A stretch of 64,000 nt of DNA from IMG/VR virus record IMGVR_UViG_3300027804_001810, positions 1 to 64,000 of that record; one strand, 5' to 3'. The position numbers and the translations under genes are program-made. Numbering within the stretch: position 1 is the first letter of the stretch; each line of letters opens with the position of its first letter. This DNA is from a virus. Its lineage: Duplodnaviria > Caudoviricetes. The notes under the pieces were generated by a model that saw nothing but the letters and a program-made list of their open reading frames with translations, was not told the DNA's origin and made no database searches. This document shows, one piece after another, positions 37,043 through 46,344 of the stretch.

Positions 37043-37685
37043 ACCCCCACCTATCATTCCAACGATAGAACCTCCTGTAACTCGCAGAACAGGTAGAACT
37101 ATTATACCTGAAATTGATATGCCCATCATTCATATGCCAGATACAACTATTAAGTATCCCGTGATTGATGTACCGACTCAAGAAGAGTTTGATGCTGCTG
37201 TCAGAGCAGAGCAGAGAAAACAACAGGAAGAGAAAGAAGAAAAGACAAGAGGACTTCCTGATGCTCAACCAGTTTTACCACAGGTTCAAGTTCCTCAAGA
37301 ATCTGTACAAGACAAAATAATCAAAGAAACTAATACCACAAACACTAATTTAGGAGTGCCCGTCATTGAAGTACCAATCGTCGGGGAAGTTCCCATCCCA
37401 CCTAAAGAACAAGTTATTCTTGCTGGCACCACTGCTACTGCTTCTGTCGCTGCGGCTCTTGTTGGCAAATCTTTGGTGGAATGGATGGTAAATAAAATGA
37501 AACCGATTGTTCAACAGATATTTGTAAGGGGCAAGAAACTCTTAAGTAGAGACCTTACCCCTTATGAACTTCAGATATTCTTTGCGTTTGAGAAAAGTCA
37601 ATCTCTCAAGAAAGTCAATAAGTTGCTGAAAAAAGAACAGAAGAATCAAAAGAAAGAACAATACAAAAGATTTCACTCAAAGTGA
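37011..37685 (+). CDS. Pro-rich membrane-associated hypothetical protein
   Basis: Pro-rich N-terminus, hydrophobic helix, Lys-rich tail. Confidence 0.75.
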   Translation: MEIKPIQIRSEPPPIIPTIEPPVTRRTGRTIIPEIDMPIIHMPDTTIKYPVIDVPTQEEFDAAVRAEQRKQQEEKEEKTRGLPDAQPVLPQVQVPQESVQDKIIKETNTTNTNLGVPVIEVPIVGEVPIPPKEQVILAGTTATASVAAALVGKSLVEWMVNKMKPIVQQIFVRGKKLLSRDLTPYELQIFFAFEKSQSLKKVNKLLKKEQKNQKKEQYKRFHSK

Positions 37686-38099
37686 TTACTTCTTACGCTT
37701 CGCATCCAGTTCAGCAAAGTTCTTGACCTTTGTTCCACCATCATAATTCCAAGCATAACCTTCAGCAATCATTTGATTATTCAATGAGGTCTCTTGCCCA
37801 TTAATAAACAAATGCCCGATGATTCTTCCATACTTCTCTGTACTGTCTGGAAGTTCGGTCTTGATAATAATATCTTTAGCACCTTCAAGTTTTTTTTTCA
37901 ACCATTCTTTTGATTCAAGACCCATTGCCTTCTCTTTGAGATCCGTTGTTCTACTTTCGGGAGTATCAACCCCAGCAAGGCGAATTCTTTTTTCTAAACT
38001 TATAGAAAACCCCAAATCAATATCAGCATCAATCGTATCACCATCAACAACTTTATGAATCTCACGAATTCTGTAAATATATGGATCTTTATTTTCCAT
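37686..38099 (-). CDS. Thermonuclease (SNase-like)
   Basis: VVDGDTI, IRLAGVDTPE, KYGR. Confidence 0.9.
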   Translation of the reverse strand: MENKDPYIYRIREIHKVVDGDTIDADIDLGFSISLEKRIRLAGVDTPESRTTDLKEKAMGLESKEWLKKKLEGAKDIIIKTELPDSTEKYGRIIGHLFINGQETSLNNQMIAEGYAWNYDGGTKVKNFAELDAKRKK

Positions 38100-38311
38100 C
38101 AGAAAGGTAATTTAAACTTCTCTGTATTTATCTTGGGGATAGGAAGTTTCTCAAATGCCTTGTTGACTTGTTTCTCTACAACAGCACCGACGAACTCTTC
38201 TGGGTTGTCCAGAATCTTTTGTGCTTTTTGATAAGTTACATAAGCACCATAACAAAGTGCTCCACTCACCGCCAGACTTGCCGCTGATAAAATAAGTGCT
38301 AGGTTCTTCAT
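38099..38311 (-). CDS. Small membrane-anchored hypothetical protein
   Basis: N-terminal TM helix. Confidence 0.7.
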   Translation of the reverse strand: MKNLALILSAASLAVSGALCYGAYVTYQKAQKILDNPEEFVGAVVEKQVNKAFEKLPIPKINTEKFKLPF

Positions 38312-38904
38312 TTCAGTAACTTCTCAATTGCGTTGTAGTAATAAACAGCATTATGGTCTTCTACACCATCAAATCTCTTATCATCAGCATCTTCTAAATG
38401 AATCTCTGGATGAGTATGAACATATCCAGTCAAGAAAGGTGGAGTTTTGGGAACAACATCATCACCGTGAACAAAACGAAGATGCTCTACATTCTTCAGT
38501 CTTTCTTTCAAACCTCTACCACCTGGACGGGGAGAACCAATTGTGATGATTGCTAGGTCTGGTGCGGACTTAAGCATTAAATCAGCAACAACAGTCGCAG
38601 TCGCACCACCAAGAGAGTGTCCCGCAAGAATCAGTTTTCTACCCTTCTCAAGTGACTCAAAGTTTAATACTAGTTCTGTAATCGTTCTGGTAGCATTATC
38701 CTTAAATCCTCTGTGAGTATCTTCACTACGGAATAAGAATTTTAGATTAGTTGCCCAGTCTGATGTTTCGTTGGTTCCCTCAATTGCGAGAATACAATAT
38801 CCAGGAATACTTTTATCTACAATGAAATCATTCTTATCAGCATAAACATCAACACAGTTTTTAACTGCCTTTAGAATGACTTCTGTGGGTAGTGTCGTGT
38901 TCAT
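38308..38904 (-). CDS. Class 3 lipase-like alpha/beta hydrolase
   Basis: AIEGT, GHSLGG, TIGSPR, DVVP, C-terminal DH. Confidence 0.88.
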   Translation of the reverse strand: MNTTLPTEVILKAVKNCVDVYADKNDFIVDKSIPGYCILAIEGTNETSDWATNLKFLFRSEDTHRGFKDNATRTITELVLNFESLEKGRKLILAGHSLGGATATVVADLMLKSAPDLAIITIGSPRPGGRGLKERLKNVEHLRFVHGDDVVPKTPPFLTGYVHTHPEIHLEDADDKRFDGVEDHNAVYYYNAIEKLLK

Positions 38905-39013
38905 CTTTCATCTCCTCGTTTGCTAACCGTAGTATATAGTAAATGATATACGCAACAAAGATAAGTCCTGGACCAAGAATCGCCATCACTCCCCAAGGAA
39001 ATTCTTGAGGCAT
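38861..39013 (-). CDS. Small membrane protein, 50 aa (MPQEFPWGVMAILGPGLIFVAYIIYYILR...)
   Basis: Manual translation; coupled to the upstream stop. Confidence 0.65.
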   Translation of the reverse strand: MPQEFPWGVMAILGPGLIFVAYIIYYILRLANEEMKDEHDTTHRSHSKGS

Positions 39014-39759
39014 TAGAACTTACCTTCTACACAATAATCTGCTTTTTTATTTGGCGTATATTCCTTATGTCCTTCTTGTGGTTTCATCCAACCACATCCA
39101 ATCAACCATTCCATCGTCATCGGAGTGGGTCTTACCTGCTCCCAGAGTGGTCCTTTCGCACACATTTCTAGGTGCTTTGCCGTTTGACCTAACTGTTCTT
39201 CTGCCCAGTTAGCATCTGCTTCCCATGGCACAGCACGACTCTGACCCATACTCTCATAAGATAGTTTAGTCATCTTCATTACCCAAGCAGGAATCTCAGA
39301 ATCTTGATGGACTTGTGCCATAAAGGAAGTTTTAATTCCACCACCCATACAATCCTGAACGACGTGCCATCCTTCGTGTCGAAGTGTTCCCAAAAACTCT
39401 CTAGGATCTTTCAGAAGTTCTTCATTGATGAAAAAACGATTGTATTCTGGTTTGTATAAACCTATCGTTCTTGGTGTAAAGTATCTACTAGGACCAATAT
39501 AAACTGGAACGTTCAGTTTATTAAGTGCTACCAAAATAGATTTAATTTCTGTTCTGAAGTTATCGAACTCTTTGCCAGATAAAAATGCAGAGTCTGGTGT
39601 AAGTTGTTCGACTCCTTGTGTGCATTCTCTGAGTATCATACAACCCATTGCTGCAAGGCTGTATGCTGGAACTGTTGGTTGTTTCTTTTCTATAGAATTA
39701 GCAAATGTTGGAAATGCTAAAGTTAATGATAGACCGAATGCTGTAAGGAGTTTTTTCAT
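39013..39759 (-). CDS. Secreted HExxH metallopeptidase-like hypothetical protein
   Basis: Signal peptide; LRHEGWH; EADA. Confidence 0.65.
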   Translation of the reverse strand: MKKLLTAFGLSLTLAFPTFANSIEKKQPTVPAYSLAAMGCMILRECTQGVEQLTPDSAFLSGKEFDNFRTEIKSILVALNKLNVPVYIGPSRYFTPRTIGLYKPEYNRFFINEELLKDPREFLGTLRHEGWHVVQDCMGGGIKTSFMAQVHQDSEIPAWVMKMTKLSYESMGQSRAVPWEADANWAEEQLGQTAKHLEMCAKGPLWEQVRPTPMTMEWLIGCGWMKPQEGHKEYTPNKKADYCVEGKF

Positions 39760-39950
39760 TCTCGCCCCTCTTGTTTATGAATCCAGACCTTCAAATCTTT
39801 TACATACTTTCTTAATATTTCTGCTTGTGATAAGTGCCAGTCATCTCCCGTTTTAATATGTGCCTTGATGTGTTCGTCAATCGCATCAAGGCACTTTTTA
39901 ATTACAGGATTCCAGGGTTCCCGAATTGGAGTATTCCATTCGCGTGGCAT
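39756..39950 (-). CDS. Hypothetical protein
   Basis: ORF track; GAGG RBS. Confidence 0.72.
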   Translation of the reverse strand: MPREWNTPIREPWNPVIKKCLDAIDEHIKAHIKTGDDWHLSQAEILRKYVKDLKVWIHKQEGRE

Positions 39951-39959
39951 AATACCTCA

Positions 39960-40073
39960 TTATTTTTTCTTACCACCGTTCTTAGCCTTTTTAGCAGTAG
40001 CATTGCCCTGGTTCTGCTTGGATTGTTTTCCTCCAGCAGAACCTTTCTTACCTTTATTAGCAGACTTGGACAT
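39960..40073 (-). CDS. Very basic 37-aa peptide (MSKSANKGKKGSAGGKQSKQNQGNATAKKAKNGGKKK)
   Basis: Manual translation; coupled to the upstream stop. Confidence 0.7.
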   Translation of the reverse strand: MSKSANKGKKGSAGGKQSKQNQGNATAKKAKNGGKKK

Positions 40074-40411
40074 TATGCTCCTGTAGTGCGTGGTTGAACT
40101 TGACCTTCTTCAAGAGCTTCAACTCTTGCTTCAAGAGTTTGTGCTGCTACTTCAGGAGCAGGTGGTTCAGGCGGTGCTTCAACCACTACTTCTTCCCTTT
40201 TAGGTTCTTCTCTTTTTTCTTCTTCATCACCACCTTTCTTCATGGTATTAATACCAAAAGTAGCAGCAGAAGCAGTGAAGACGGTTGCAATGAAAGTTGG
40301 GTCCATCTTCGATAGAGCCCCAGCATAACTTGCGGTAAGAAGAGCAGCAGACCAACTCAGAATAGCAATACGAATTAACATACCAACACGATTTTCTTTG
40401 TGTTTATCCAT
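40073..40411 (-). CDS. Two-TM membrane protein (holin-like topology possible)
   Basis: Two hydrophobic helices, charged tail; late promoter upstream. Confidence 0.65.
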   Translation of the reverse strand: MDKHKENRVGMLIRIAILSWSAALLTASYAGALSKMDPTFIATVFTASAATFGINTMKKGGDEEEKREEPKREEVVVEAPPEPPAPEVAAQTLEARVEALEEGQVQPRTTGA

Positions 40412-40438
40412 CAGTCCGTGTGATGAAGTCTGTCTTAT

Positions 40439-40918
40439 TTAGTTAAAAATGTATTTAATTCCCATCCCAAAACGACCATTTGAGAAATCATCAGCAGCAG
40501 TGATATATTCTCCAAATAATTTCACATCTCTACCACCAGTCTCTCCACCAAGTATTACAATCGGATTATTCATATTTGTTCGGTCTTTATCTAAACCTAA
40601 ATGATGAACAGAAAGTCCTGCATACACATTACTATGCTTTTCAATTGGTAAAAGAAACTTAACACCTGCATGATTAAATCCCAATCCATCATCTTTTTCA
40701 GGAACACTACTTTGATGTTCTACAAATAATCTAACATTCTTATGAATGTCGTGCTGAATACCAAATACACCTATAGGCTCTTTAAGATTAATTTGTTTTT
40801 TAGTTGTAGGTGTTGGACTTGCAGTGAATCCTATGTAAGTTTTAATCGGAGTTACTACACCAATTAATATTGTAGATAAAACTAAGGCAACCGCATTTGC
40901 AGTGATTCCGATTTCCAT
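40439..40918 (-). CDS. Hypothetical protein, possibly a small beta-barrel
   Basis: Alternating hydrophobic strands, C-terminal GIKYIFN. Confidence 0.6.
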   Translation of the reverse strand: MEIGITANAVALVLSTILIGVVTPIKTYIGFTASPTPTTKKQINLKEPIGVFGIQHDIHKNVRLFVEHQSSVPEKDDGLGFNHAGVKFLLPIEKHSNVYAGLSVHHLGLDKDRTNMNNPIVILGGETGGRDVKLFGEYITAADDFSNGRFGMGIKYIFN

Positions 40919-40921
40919 AAA

Positions 40922-42775
40922 TTAGAATCTGAATTTAATTTTGCCAGCAACAGAGTTGTTCGTGACTCCATTATTTAACCCGTGAGACGCTTCAACAATT
41001 AACAATTCTTTATAATCGACAGCAGCAGTAACTCCATAAGAACTATCAGTTCCATAAGCACCTTCTACACTTACACCAAACAGGTTATTTTTCTTACCAC
41101 CAAAACGAGTTTCAAGTTTGAGACCTGCTTCACCAACGTGTGTGGTTTGGTTAAATTCATCAACACTTCTTGCAGACTGAACAGAACCACTTTCATTGTA
41201 AGCATTTCTTTTCACATTTTGAATAGTATAACCAACAAATGGTTTTACTGACTTATGAAGATGCCAGTATAAACGATTAGAAACCCACCACTCATTTCCA
41301 GTCGTAGTGCCTTCGTTATAGAAAACTCCCCCAACATTTCTTCCATATCTATAATTACTATCTGCAATCGCAGCGTTTGTATTCAAAGTAAGAGTGTTAC
41401 CGTGAAGAGTATTGAAAATACCATAATGATTTTTCTTCTGATGTGACTTTGAATCAACACCATCAAGAACTATGTTAACTTGATTATACTGGAATCCAAC
41501 TGTCCAACCTTTCGTAAGGTCCACTTCAATTCCACCACCAAAGATTTTAGAATCAGCAGTATATCCATCAGCATTATAAGATTGAACAAATCTGTTATTT
41601 TCAAATACTCTTACTTTTTCTTTTGTTCTTGATGGTTCGTGATTTAGAAGTCCATTGATACCATCATTGATTCCATCAAGAACTTCTAACTGATCAATGC
41701 GTCCAAAATAATCTCTGGAAGCATATGCAACATTAACAGTTGCAGCACCAGATGTAACTACGGTAGGAGTGCCATCAGTATAGACTTTTGTATAAATTGG
41801 AGTGGTTGTAGTTGTAGTTGTTCTATAAGCATTAACTTTTTGTGTCCCACCATTTTCAGATTTTGTATGCTGAACTGAAGAAACTGCAGAAACATTATAA
41901 GTTCTGGTCTTAACCCAGTCAATTACATTTGTTTGAGTAATAACAGTTGTTCCAGCGTTATCATCTGTTGTGACTGTTGTTATAACTGGTGTCCCATTTG
42001 TTGTGGTGGTAGAACCATCAGACCAAGTTATAACAGTGACTGGCGTTGTTGTGGTCGTAACTGTGGTTGTTGGAATGGTTGTTACTGCACTATCAGTATA
42101 GTGAGTCTCAGTTTGATTACCGTCTGCATCAGTTCCCATCACATGTCTGTGTGGAGTTCCAGACGTAGTTCTTGTTCCATAAGTGGTTGATGTAGTAACA
42201 ATACTATTACCAGGAGCACTAGAAACTTGAGTTGGTGGTGGAGGTGTTCCACCAGTTTCATAAATGTCAAGAATACCGTTTTGGTTAGCATCACCAGAAA
42301 GAGCAGATGCTGAAAGACTAACTGTGCTGGAAAGAATCACATTATCCATAGGCATCCAGTTTACTGTTGGAGCACCTGCAGCATTATAAGTAAACTGATA
42401 ATCACCAGCGGAAAGTCCAGTAAAACTTACACCCTGCCAAGAATATGAAGTTTGAATACTTGGATCATAAGGGACTAATTGAGTTCCATTAGATGTAAAG
42501 TAGTTTGTTCCTGGAATCAAACCACTTGGCATAGTCTGCTGAATCAAAGTCCAGTTGACTGTTGTTGGGGAAAAACTAGTCCCGTTGATACCTTGTAAAG
42601 TTAAAGTACCTTCATTAAAAGTAGTTCCAGGATGCCAGTTACCATACCAGAAGGTAACGGATCCGTTACCTCCACCAACATATCCTATAGAGTTGGTGTG
42701 AGATAATGCTGCTGTTGGCACTCCAAGAAGAAGCGCAGACACTGCAGCCAGCGCCTTTTGCGTGTTGGTAGACAT
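40922..42775 (-). CDS. Autotransporter-like protein with Thr-rich passenger and C-terminal beta-barrel
   Basis: Signal peptide, Thr-rich stalk, amphipathic strands ending KIKFRF. Confidence 0.72.
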   Translation of the reverse strand: MSTNTQKALAAVSALLLGVPTAALSHTNSIGYVGGGNGSVTFWYGNWHPGTTFNEGTLTLQGINGTSFSPTTVNWTLIQQTMPSGLIPGTNYFTSNGTQLVPYDPSIQTSYSWQGVSFTGLSAGDYQFTYNAAGAPTVNWMPMDNVILSSTVSLSASALSGDANQNGILDIYETGGTPPPPTQVSSAPGNSIVTTSTTYGTRTTSGTPHRHVMGTDADGNQTETHYTDSAVTTIPTTTVTTTTTPVTVITWSDGSTTTTNGTPVITTVTTDDNAGTTVITQTNVIDWVKTRTYNVSAVSSVQHTKSENGGTQKVNAYRTTTTTTTPIYTKVYTDGTPTVVTSGAATVNVAYASRDYFGRIDQLEVLDGINDGINGLLNHEPSRTKEKVRVFENNRFVQSYNADGYTADSKIFGGGIEVDLTKGWTVGFQYNQVNIVLDGVDSKSHQKKNHYGIFNTLHGNTLTLNTNAAIADSNYRYGRNVGGVFYNEGTTTGNEWWVSNRLYWHLHKSVKPFVGYTIQNVKRNAYNESGSVQSARSVDEFNQTTHVGEAGLKLETRFGGKKNNLFGVSVEGAYGTDSSYGVTAAVDYKELLIVEASHGLNNGVTNNSVAGKIKFRF

Positions 42776-42884
42776 AAAAATAAGGTAAGTTGGTGTGGTA
42801 GAAAATTCCTATGAACTACCAAACACAACTCACCTTGGTGTGGGTCTGAGCTGCAGTTTCAACTCAATGGTTGAAACTATTTAG

Positions 42885-43550
42885 TTATCCTTTCTTCCAG
42901 GCTTCACCTTCTGCCTTTCTTCTACGAGCAAGACCTGCTTCTACATTAGAACCAGGATTGCGATAGAGATAAAGAGCATCAGGAACTAGGTCCCACTCTT
43001 TATTCTTCAGGCGTTTAGTAATAGTATTAAAGTTAGCACCGTTGTAAAAACCGGCACCAAGATTATAAGCAAAGCTGAGCAGAGCGCCTCTTTTTCCATC
43101 TGACATTTCACTCCAATGTGGAATTTTTCTTAAAGCAGGGAGAAACTCTTTCTTACACTGCTCAATGAGAAGTGAATCTGCTTCTGCCTGTGTGAGAGTA
43201 TCACCAAGTTTAAATGCTGATCCATCCTTCTTGCGGGTAGATCCCCAACCAATTGTGATTGGCAGACCACCAGTTAGAGGATCAGGATATGCCTTCAGAT
43301 GACATCCTTCAAACTCTTTAATTAACTTGATGCCCATTTGTGGAACATCATCACCACCTGTTACTGGAGCTGCGGCAGCAGGGGCTGGCGCAGCACTAGT
43401 CTTTTTTCCTCTATAAATCTCCGCCCAGTCTACATTGTCCTCAAGGAACTTGACGGGTAGATTATCTTCTAACCACTGAACTGCTTTGACGTGGTTGGGG
43501 TTTCTTTCATCATAGAACTGAAAGAAATTGTGTAAGTCAACTCTTGCCAT
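42885..43550 (-). CDS. GH24 lysozyme (endolysin) with an N-terminal accessory domain
   Basis: IKEFEG...AYPDP...TIGWG; SFAYNLG; LARRRKAE. Confidence 0.92.
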   Translation of the reverse strand: MARVDLHNFFQFYDERNPNHVKAVQWLEDNLPVKFLEDNVDWAEIYRGKKTSAAPAPAAAAPVTGGDDVPQMGIKLIKEFEGCHLKAYPDPLTGGLPITIGWGSTRKKDGSAFKLGDTLTQAEADSLLIEQCKKEFLPALRKIPHWSEMSDGKRGALLSFAYNLGAGFYNGANFNTITKRLKNKEWDLVPDALYLYRNPGSNVEAGLARRRKAEGEAWKKG

Positions 43551-43674
43551 TGTTGCCTCCGAAGTATTTTTGATAAAGTTGATTTGCTTCTACGTGTTTA
43601 CCGTGATTCGTCAGATCTTTGATACGTTGTAAGATCTTTCTCTTAAAATTAATCGAAGATTCTTCCCCAGCCAT
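43537..43674 (-). CDS. Small hypothetical protein (start probably MAGEESS)
   Basis: ORF track; links the C39 and lysozyme genes. Confidence 0.55.
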   Translation of the reverse strand: MAGEESSINFKRKILQRIKDLTNHGKHVEANQLYQKYFGGNNGKS

Positions 43675-44320
43675 CGTTGCCTCCTGGACACCAACGGTGC
43701 TTAAGAACTGCTTTGGTGTAGATGGTTTTTTTACCATTCGTCACAGGTCCAGTGTAGTTATCGTTGAGAGAACCATATGGATCATTTACAAAGTATCCTT
43801 TACCATCGGGAGTCTTACCGATTACAACACACATGTGCCCACCAGTAGGTGCAGAAAGAGAACCGCGATGCAGAATACCAATAACGACAGGTTTCCCAGC
43901 ATCAAGACTTTTATCAATATCAGCAAAAGACAGATTGTAACTAAAGTGTGACTTAACTCCATAACCTGCCAAAACTTTTGTTTGGACAGCATGATCCGTC
44001 GTGTCACCAATCGCAAATACTTTCGTGACATATTCATCATCACCTTTGATGCTACCTGGCTTGAGGAAAGCAAGACACATAGCACACGATGAACTGTTAC
44101 AAGTTCTATGTGCATCTCTATAGTTGTCTACTTGATTGAAATAAGGAACTGCGAGAACCTCTGGCGTAGGTGGTTTGGTTCTGAACATTCCAATCCAATC
44201 AGTTTCTGCATCATCCAGAAATTCAGCAGGTAGGTTATCCTCTAACCATTGAACTGCTGCTACATGATTTGAATTCTTTTCGTCGTAAAATTTAAAAAAA
44301 TTGTGAAGGTCTAGTGTCAT
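43649..44320 (-). CDS. Peptidase C39-like protein with an N-terminal accessory domain
   Basis: VPYFNQ, CNSSSCAM, GHMCVVIG, VNDPYG. Confidence 0.88.
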   Translation of the reverse strand: MTLDLHNFFKFYDEKNSNHVAAVQWLEDNLPAEFLDDAETDWIGMFRTKPPTPEVLAVPYFNQVDNYRDAHRTCNSSSCAMCLAFLKPGSIKGDDEYVTKVFAIGDTTDHAVQTKVLAGYGVKSHFSYNLSFADIDKSLDAGKPVVIGILHRGSLSAPTGGHMCVVIGKTPDGKGYFVNDPYGSLNDNYTGPVTNGKKTIYTKAVLKHRWCPGGNDGWGRIFD

Positions 44321-44498
44321 CTTCCTCTCCTATGAACTCTAATGAGAAAATATCATGATCTGGAATTTCGGGATTCAACCATTCACTAAATTCAGATTGA
44401 ATCGCATGGGCATCTTCAATGTTCCTGTCACAGAGAGTATGAATGCGGTCAACTGCCCAATCATGAGTTGTCTGAAGGGTCTCTTCCAAAGTTACCAT
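44292..44498 (-). CDS. Hypothetical protein
   Basis: ORF track. Confidence 0.7.
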   Translation of the reverse strand: MVTLEETLQTTHDWAVDRIHTLCDRNIEDAHAIQSEFSEWLNPEIPDHDIFSLEFIGEEDDTRPSQFF

Positions 44499-44910
44499 AA
44501 TCTTTTCGCATATAGCGTCCTAGAATATTGCTATTATAGTACGCGGGCGAACCATCGTCAAGAGACTCAATCAACACATTATTTAGGAAAAGCTGTTTGG
44601 TTTCTTCGTAGTTGCATTGTCCTTTTGTTTTATGGAGGCTAAGTATTGTTCTGTCGCAGGATGATTTTCCCCAAATGTCAATATCGGATTTGAGTTCAGG
44701 ACAGGAGCCGTAATATCTTTTCCAATCGGACTCTGACTTAACTTTTCTAGATTTTCCTCTTGGTGTGCGGAAAGACCAGAAATACTTTCGACCAATATAA
44801 CTACGACCAGTTTTATTGCAATGAATATGATATACAAAACCAAAATTATCTTGAATATCAGAAGACTCAAAAATTTCCCCATTGAATCTCCAAGGGTTTT
44901 CATAACTCAT
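44461..44910 (-). CDS. GIY-YIG-like endonuclease
   Basis: GFVYHI...YIGRK...YYGS; YYNSNI. Confidence 0.8.
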   Translation of the reverse strand: MSYENPWRFNGEIFESSDIQDNFGFVYHIHCNKTGRSYIGRKYFWSFRTPRGKSRKVKSESDWKRYYGSCPELKSDIDIWGKSSCDRTILSLHKTKGQCNYEETKQLFLNNVLIESLDDGSPAYYNSNILGRYMRKDYGNFGRDPSDNS

Positions 44911-44958
44911 ACTATGAATCTTTATGAGCTATTATTTATCTTCAACCCTAGCAAAGCG

Positions 44959-44998
44959 ATTCTAGCAATAAAAAAGCACCCCTGTCAAGAGGTGCTTT
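44959..44998 (-). terminator. Terminator with TTGACA in the loop (composite promoter, TGnTAGAAT at N18)
   Basis: AAAGCACCTC-TTGACA-GGGGTGCTTT plus T-run. Confidence 0.78.
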
Positions 44999-45017
44999 AA
45001 GTTATGTTAGGATTTTA

Positions 45018-46124
45018 TTATAAAGGCATTCTTGAACCTGGTTTTACTTTCGATCCACTGGGTCTAGCAGGAGGTACTGGAGTAGTTCTCTTTGCGCCGT
45101 ATTTGAGCTCGTCTGCTCTTCTTTGCTCTGGTGTGATAAGAGTATTAGATTGCTCAGAAACAATGTTCTGAATGGTCTCCGAACCCATTTCAAGCATCAC
45201 ATAATGAGCCTCATCTACACTATCTACGTGCCCATTGGCGAGGAGATACTCAAGAACTACATCATAAGCATCCATTCCCTCTCCAAAGGGTTTCTTAGCG
45301 CCCTGATAACCTGGTGCTACTGGAGGTTGTGTTGTCTTTTTAGCGATATCTGCAGTTTGCTTAATTTCAGGTGCGGTTGAAAGTGGTTTAGCAAGTGCTG
45401 GAGTGCTGCTAGAGAATGCTGTTTTTGTTTGATTTGTTAATGGTTTTGATGCAGCAGATGCTCCAGCTCCAGCCATTTTTGCTGATTGAAGTGCTTTTTC
45501 TGGACCAGCACCAGAAGCTCTTGCTGCTTGAGCTGCCTTAAGTTCTGTAGAAGTTGGTGTTCTTCTTTCAAATGAGGTTGAACCAAGAGTTCCAGTTGCT
45601 GGTGGTTTTGGTGCAGAAGGAGCAGCACTACCACCACGAGCAGTATAACGTGCCTTCTCAGCACCTGTAAAGGCACCTGCAGTGAATTTACCAGTAGCCT
45701 TGTCTAACTTACCTTCAACACCACCTTTTTTTGCCAAAACTACTGAAGAAGGAGCTGGTTTTGCAGCTGCAGGTGCAGCAGGTCTTGCGGGAGCACCAGG
45801 AGAAGCAGGTCTTGCAGGAGCGGCAGGTTTTGATACACCAGATTTTTGTCTGGCAGCTTCCCAAGATTTATCAGTTTGAGCACCAGGTTTTGTAAAAAAC
45901 TTTGTTGCACCTGCATTCGCAGCTGTTTGTAAATAATTTGGTTGTTGTTTTGGTGGTTTTTGTCCTGTAAAAACTGGGGATGGAGTATTTCTAATAGCAG
46001 AAAATACATCCATTTTTTCATCAATCTTCTCAACTTCTTCCGAAAGATTTTCTTGTTGAGGAGCACACATTGATGTATATACTTCCATCAATTTACGTGC
46101 TTCACTGGTTGAAAGTTCCGACAT
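45018..46124 (-). CDS. Pro/Ala/Lys-rich late protein, putative internal virion protein
   Basis: TATAAATA at 46152-46159; low-complexity core; helical C-terminal YDVVLEYLL domain. Confidence 0.7.
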   Translation of the reverse strand: MSELSTSEARKLMEVYTSMCAPQQENLSEEVEKIDEKMDVFSAIRNTPSPVFTGQKPPKQQPNYLQTAANAGATKFFTKPGAQTDKSWEAARQKSGVSKPAAPARPASPGAPARPAAPAAAKPAPSSVVLAKKGGVEGKLDKATGKFTAGAFTGAEKARYTARGGSAAPSAPKPPATGTLGSTSFERRTPTSTELKAAQAARASGAGPEKALQSAKMAGAGASAASKPLTNQTKTAFSSSTPALAKPLSTAPEIKQTADIAKKTTQPPVAPGYQGAKKPFGEGMDAYDVVLEYLLANGHVDSVDEAHYVMLEMGSETIQNIVSEQSNTLITPEQRRADELKYGAKRTTPVPPARPSGSKVKPGSRMPL

Positions 46125-46182
46125 TTTTTTCTTTTATTTCTTTTATAATTTTATTTATAAAAAAAGAGGGTCCCGAAGACTC

Positions 46183-46344
46183 TCAATATACATCATTAGA
46201 TTTACCATTCATCCAGATATAAGAATAATCACAATCACCAAACAAGAAATCATCGTATTCGGCTGCCCGTCTATAGGCATTCATTATTTCTTGTTCACAC
46301 CATTCATCATAATTGGAATCCTGAGAAAGTATCTTTGGTAACAT
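46183..46344 (-). CDS. Small hypothetical protein overlapping the nrdB end (MLPKILSQDSNYDEW...)
   Basis: GGAGG RBS; start revised from the track. Confidence 0.6.
   Translation of the reverse strand: MLPKILSQDSNYDEWCEQEIMNAYRRAAEYDDFLFGDCDYSYIWMNGKSNDVY

Noticed and set aside
41900-42260. Tandem DNA repeat or diversity-generating element in the Thr-rich region
   Set aside because: The repetition is amino-acid low complexity only; no template/variable repeat pair and no reverse transcriptase
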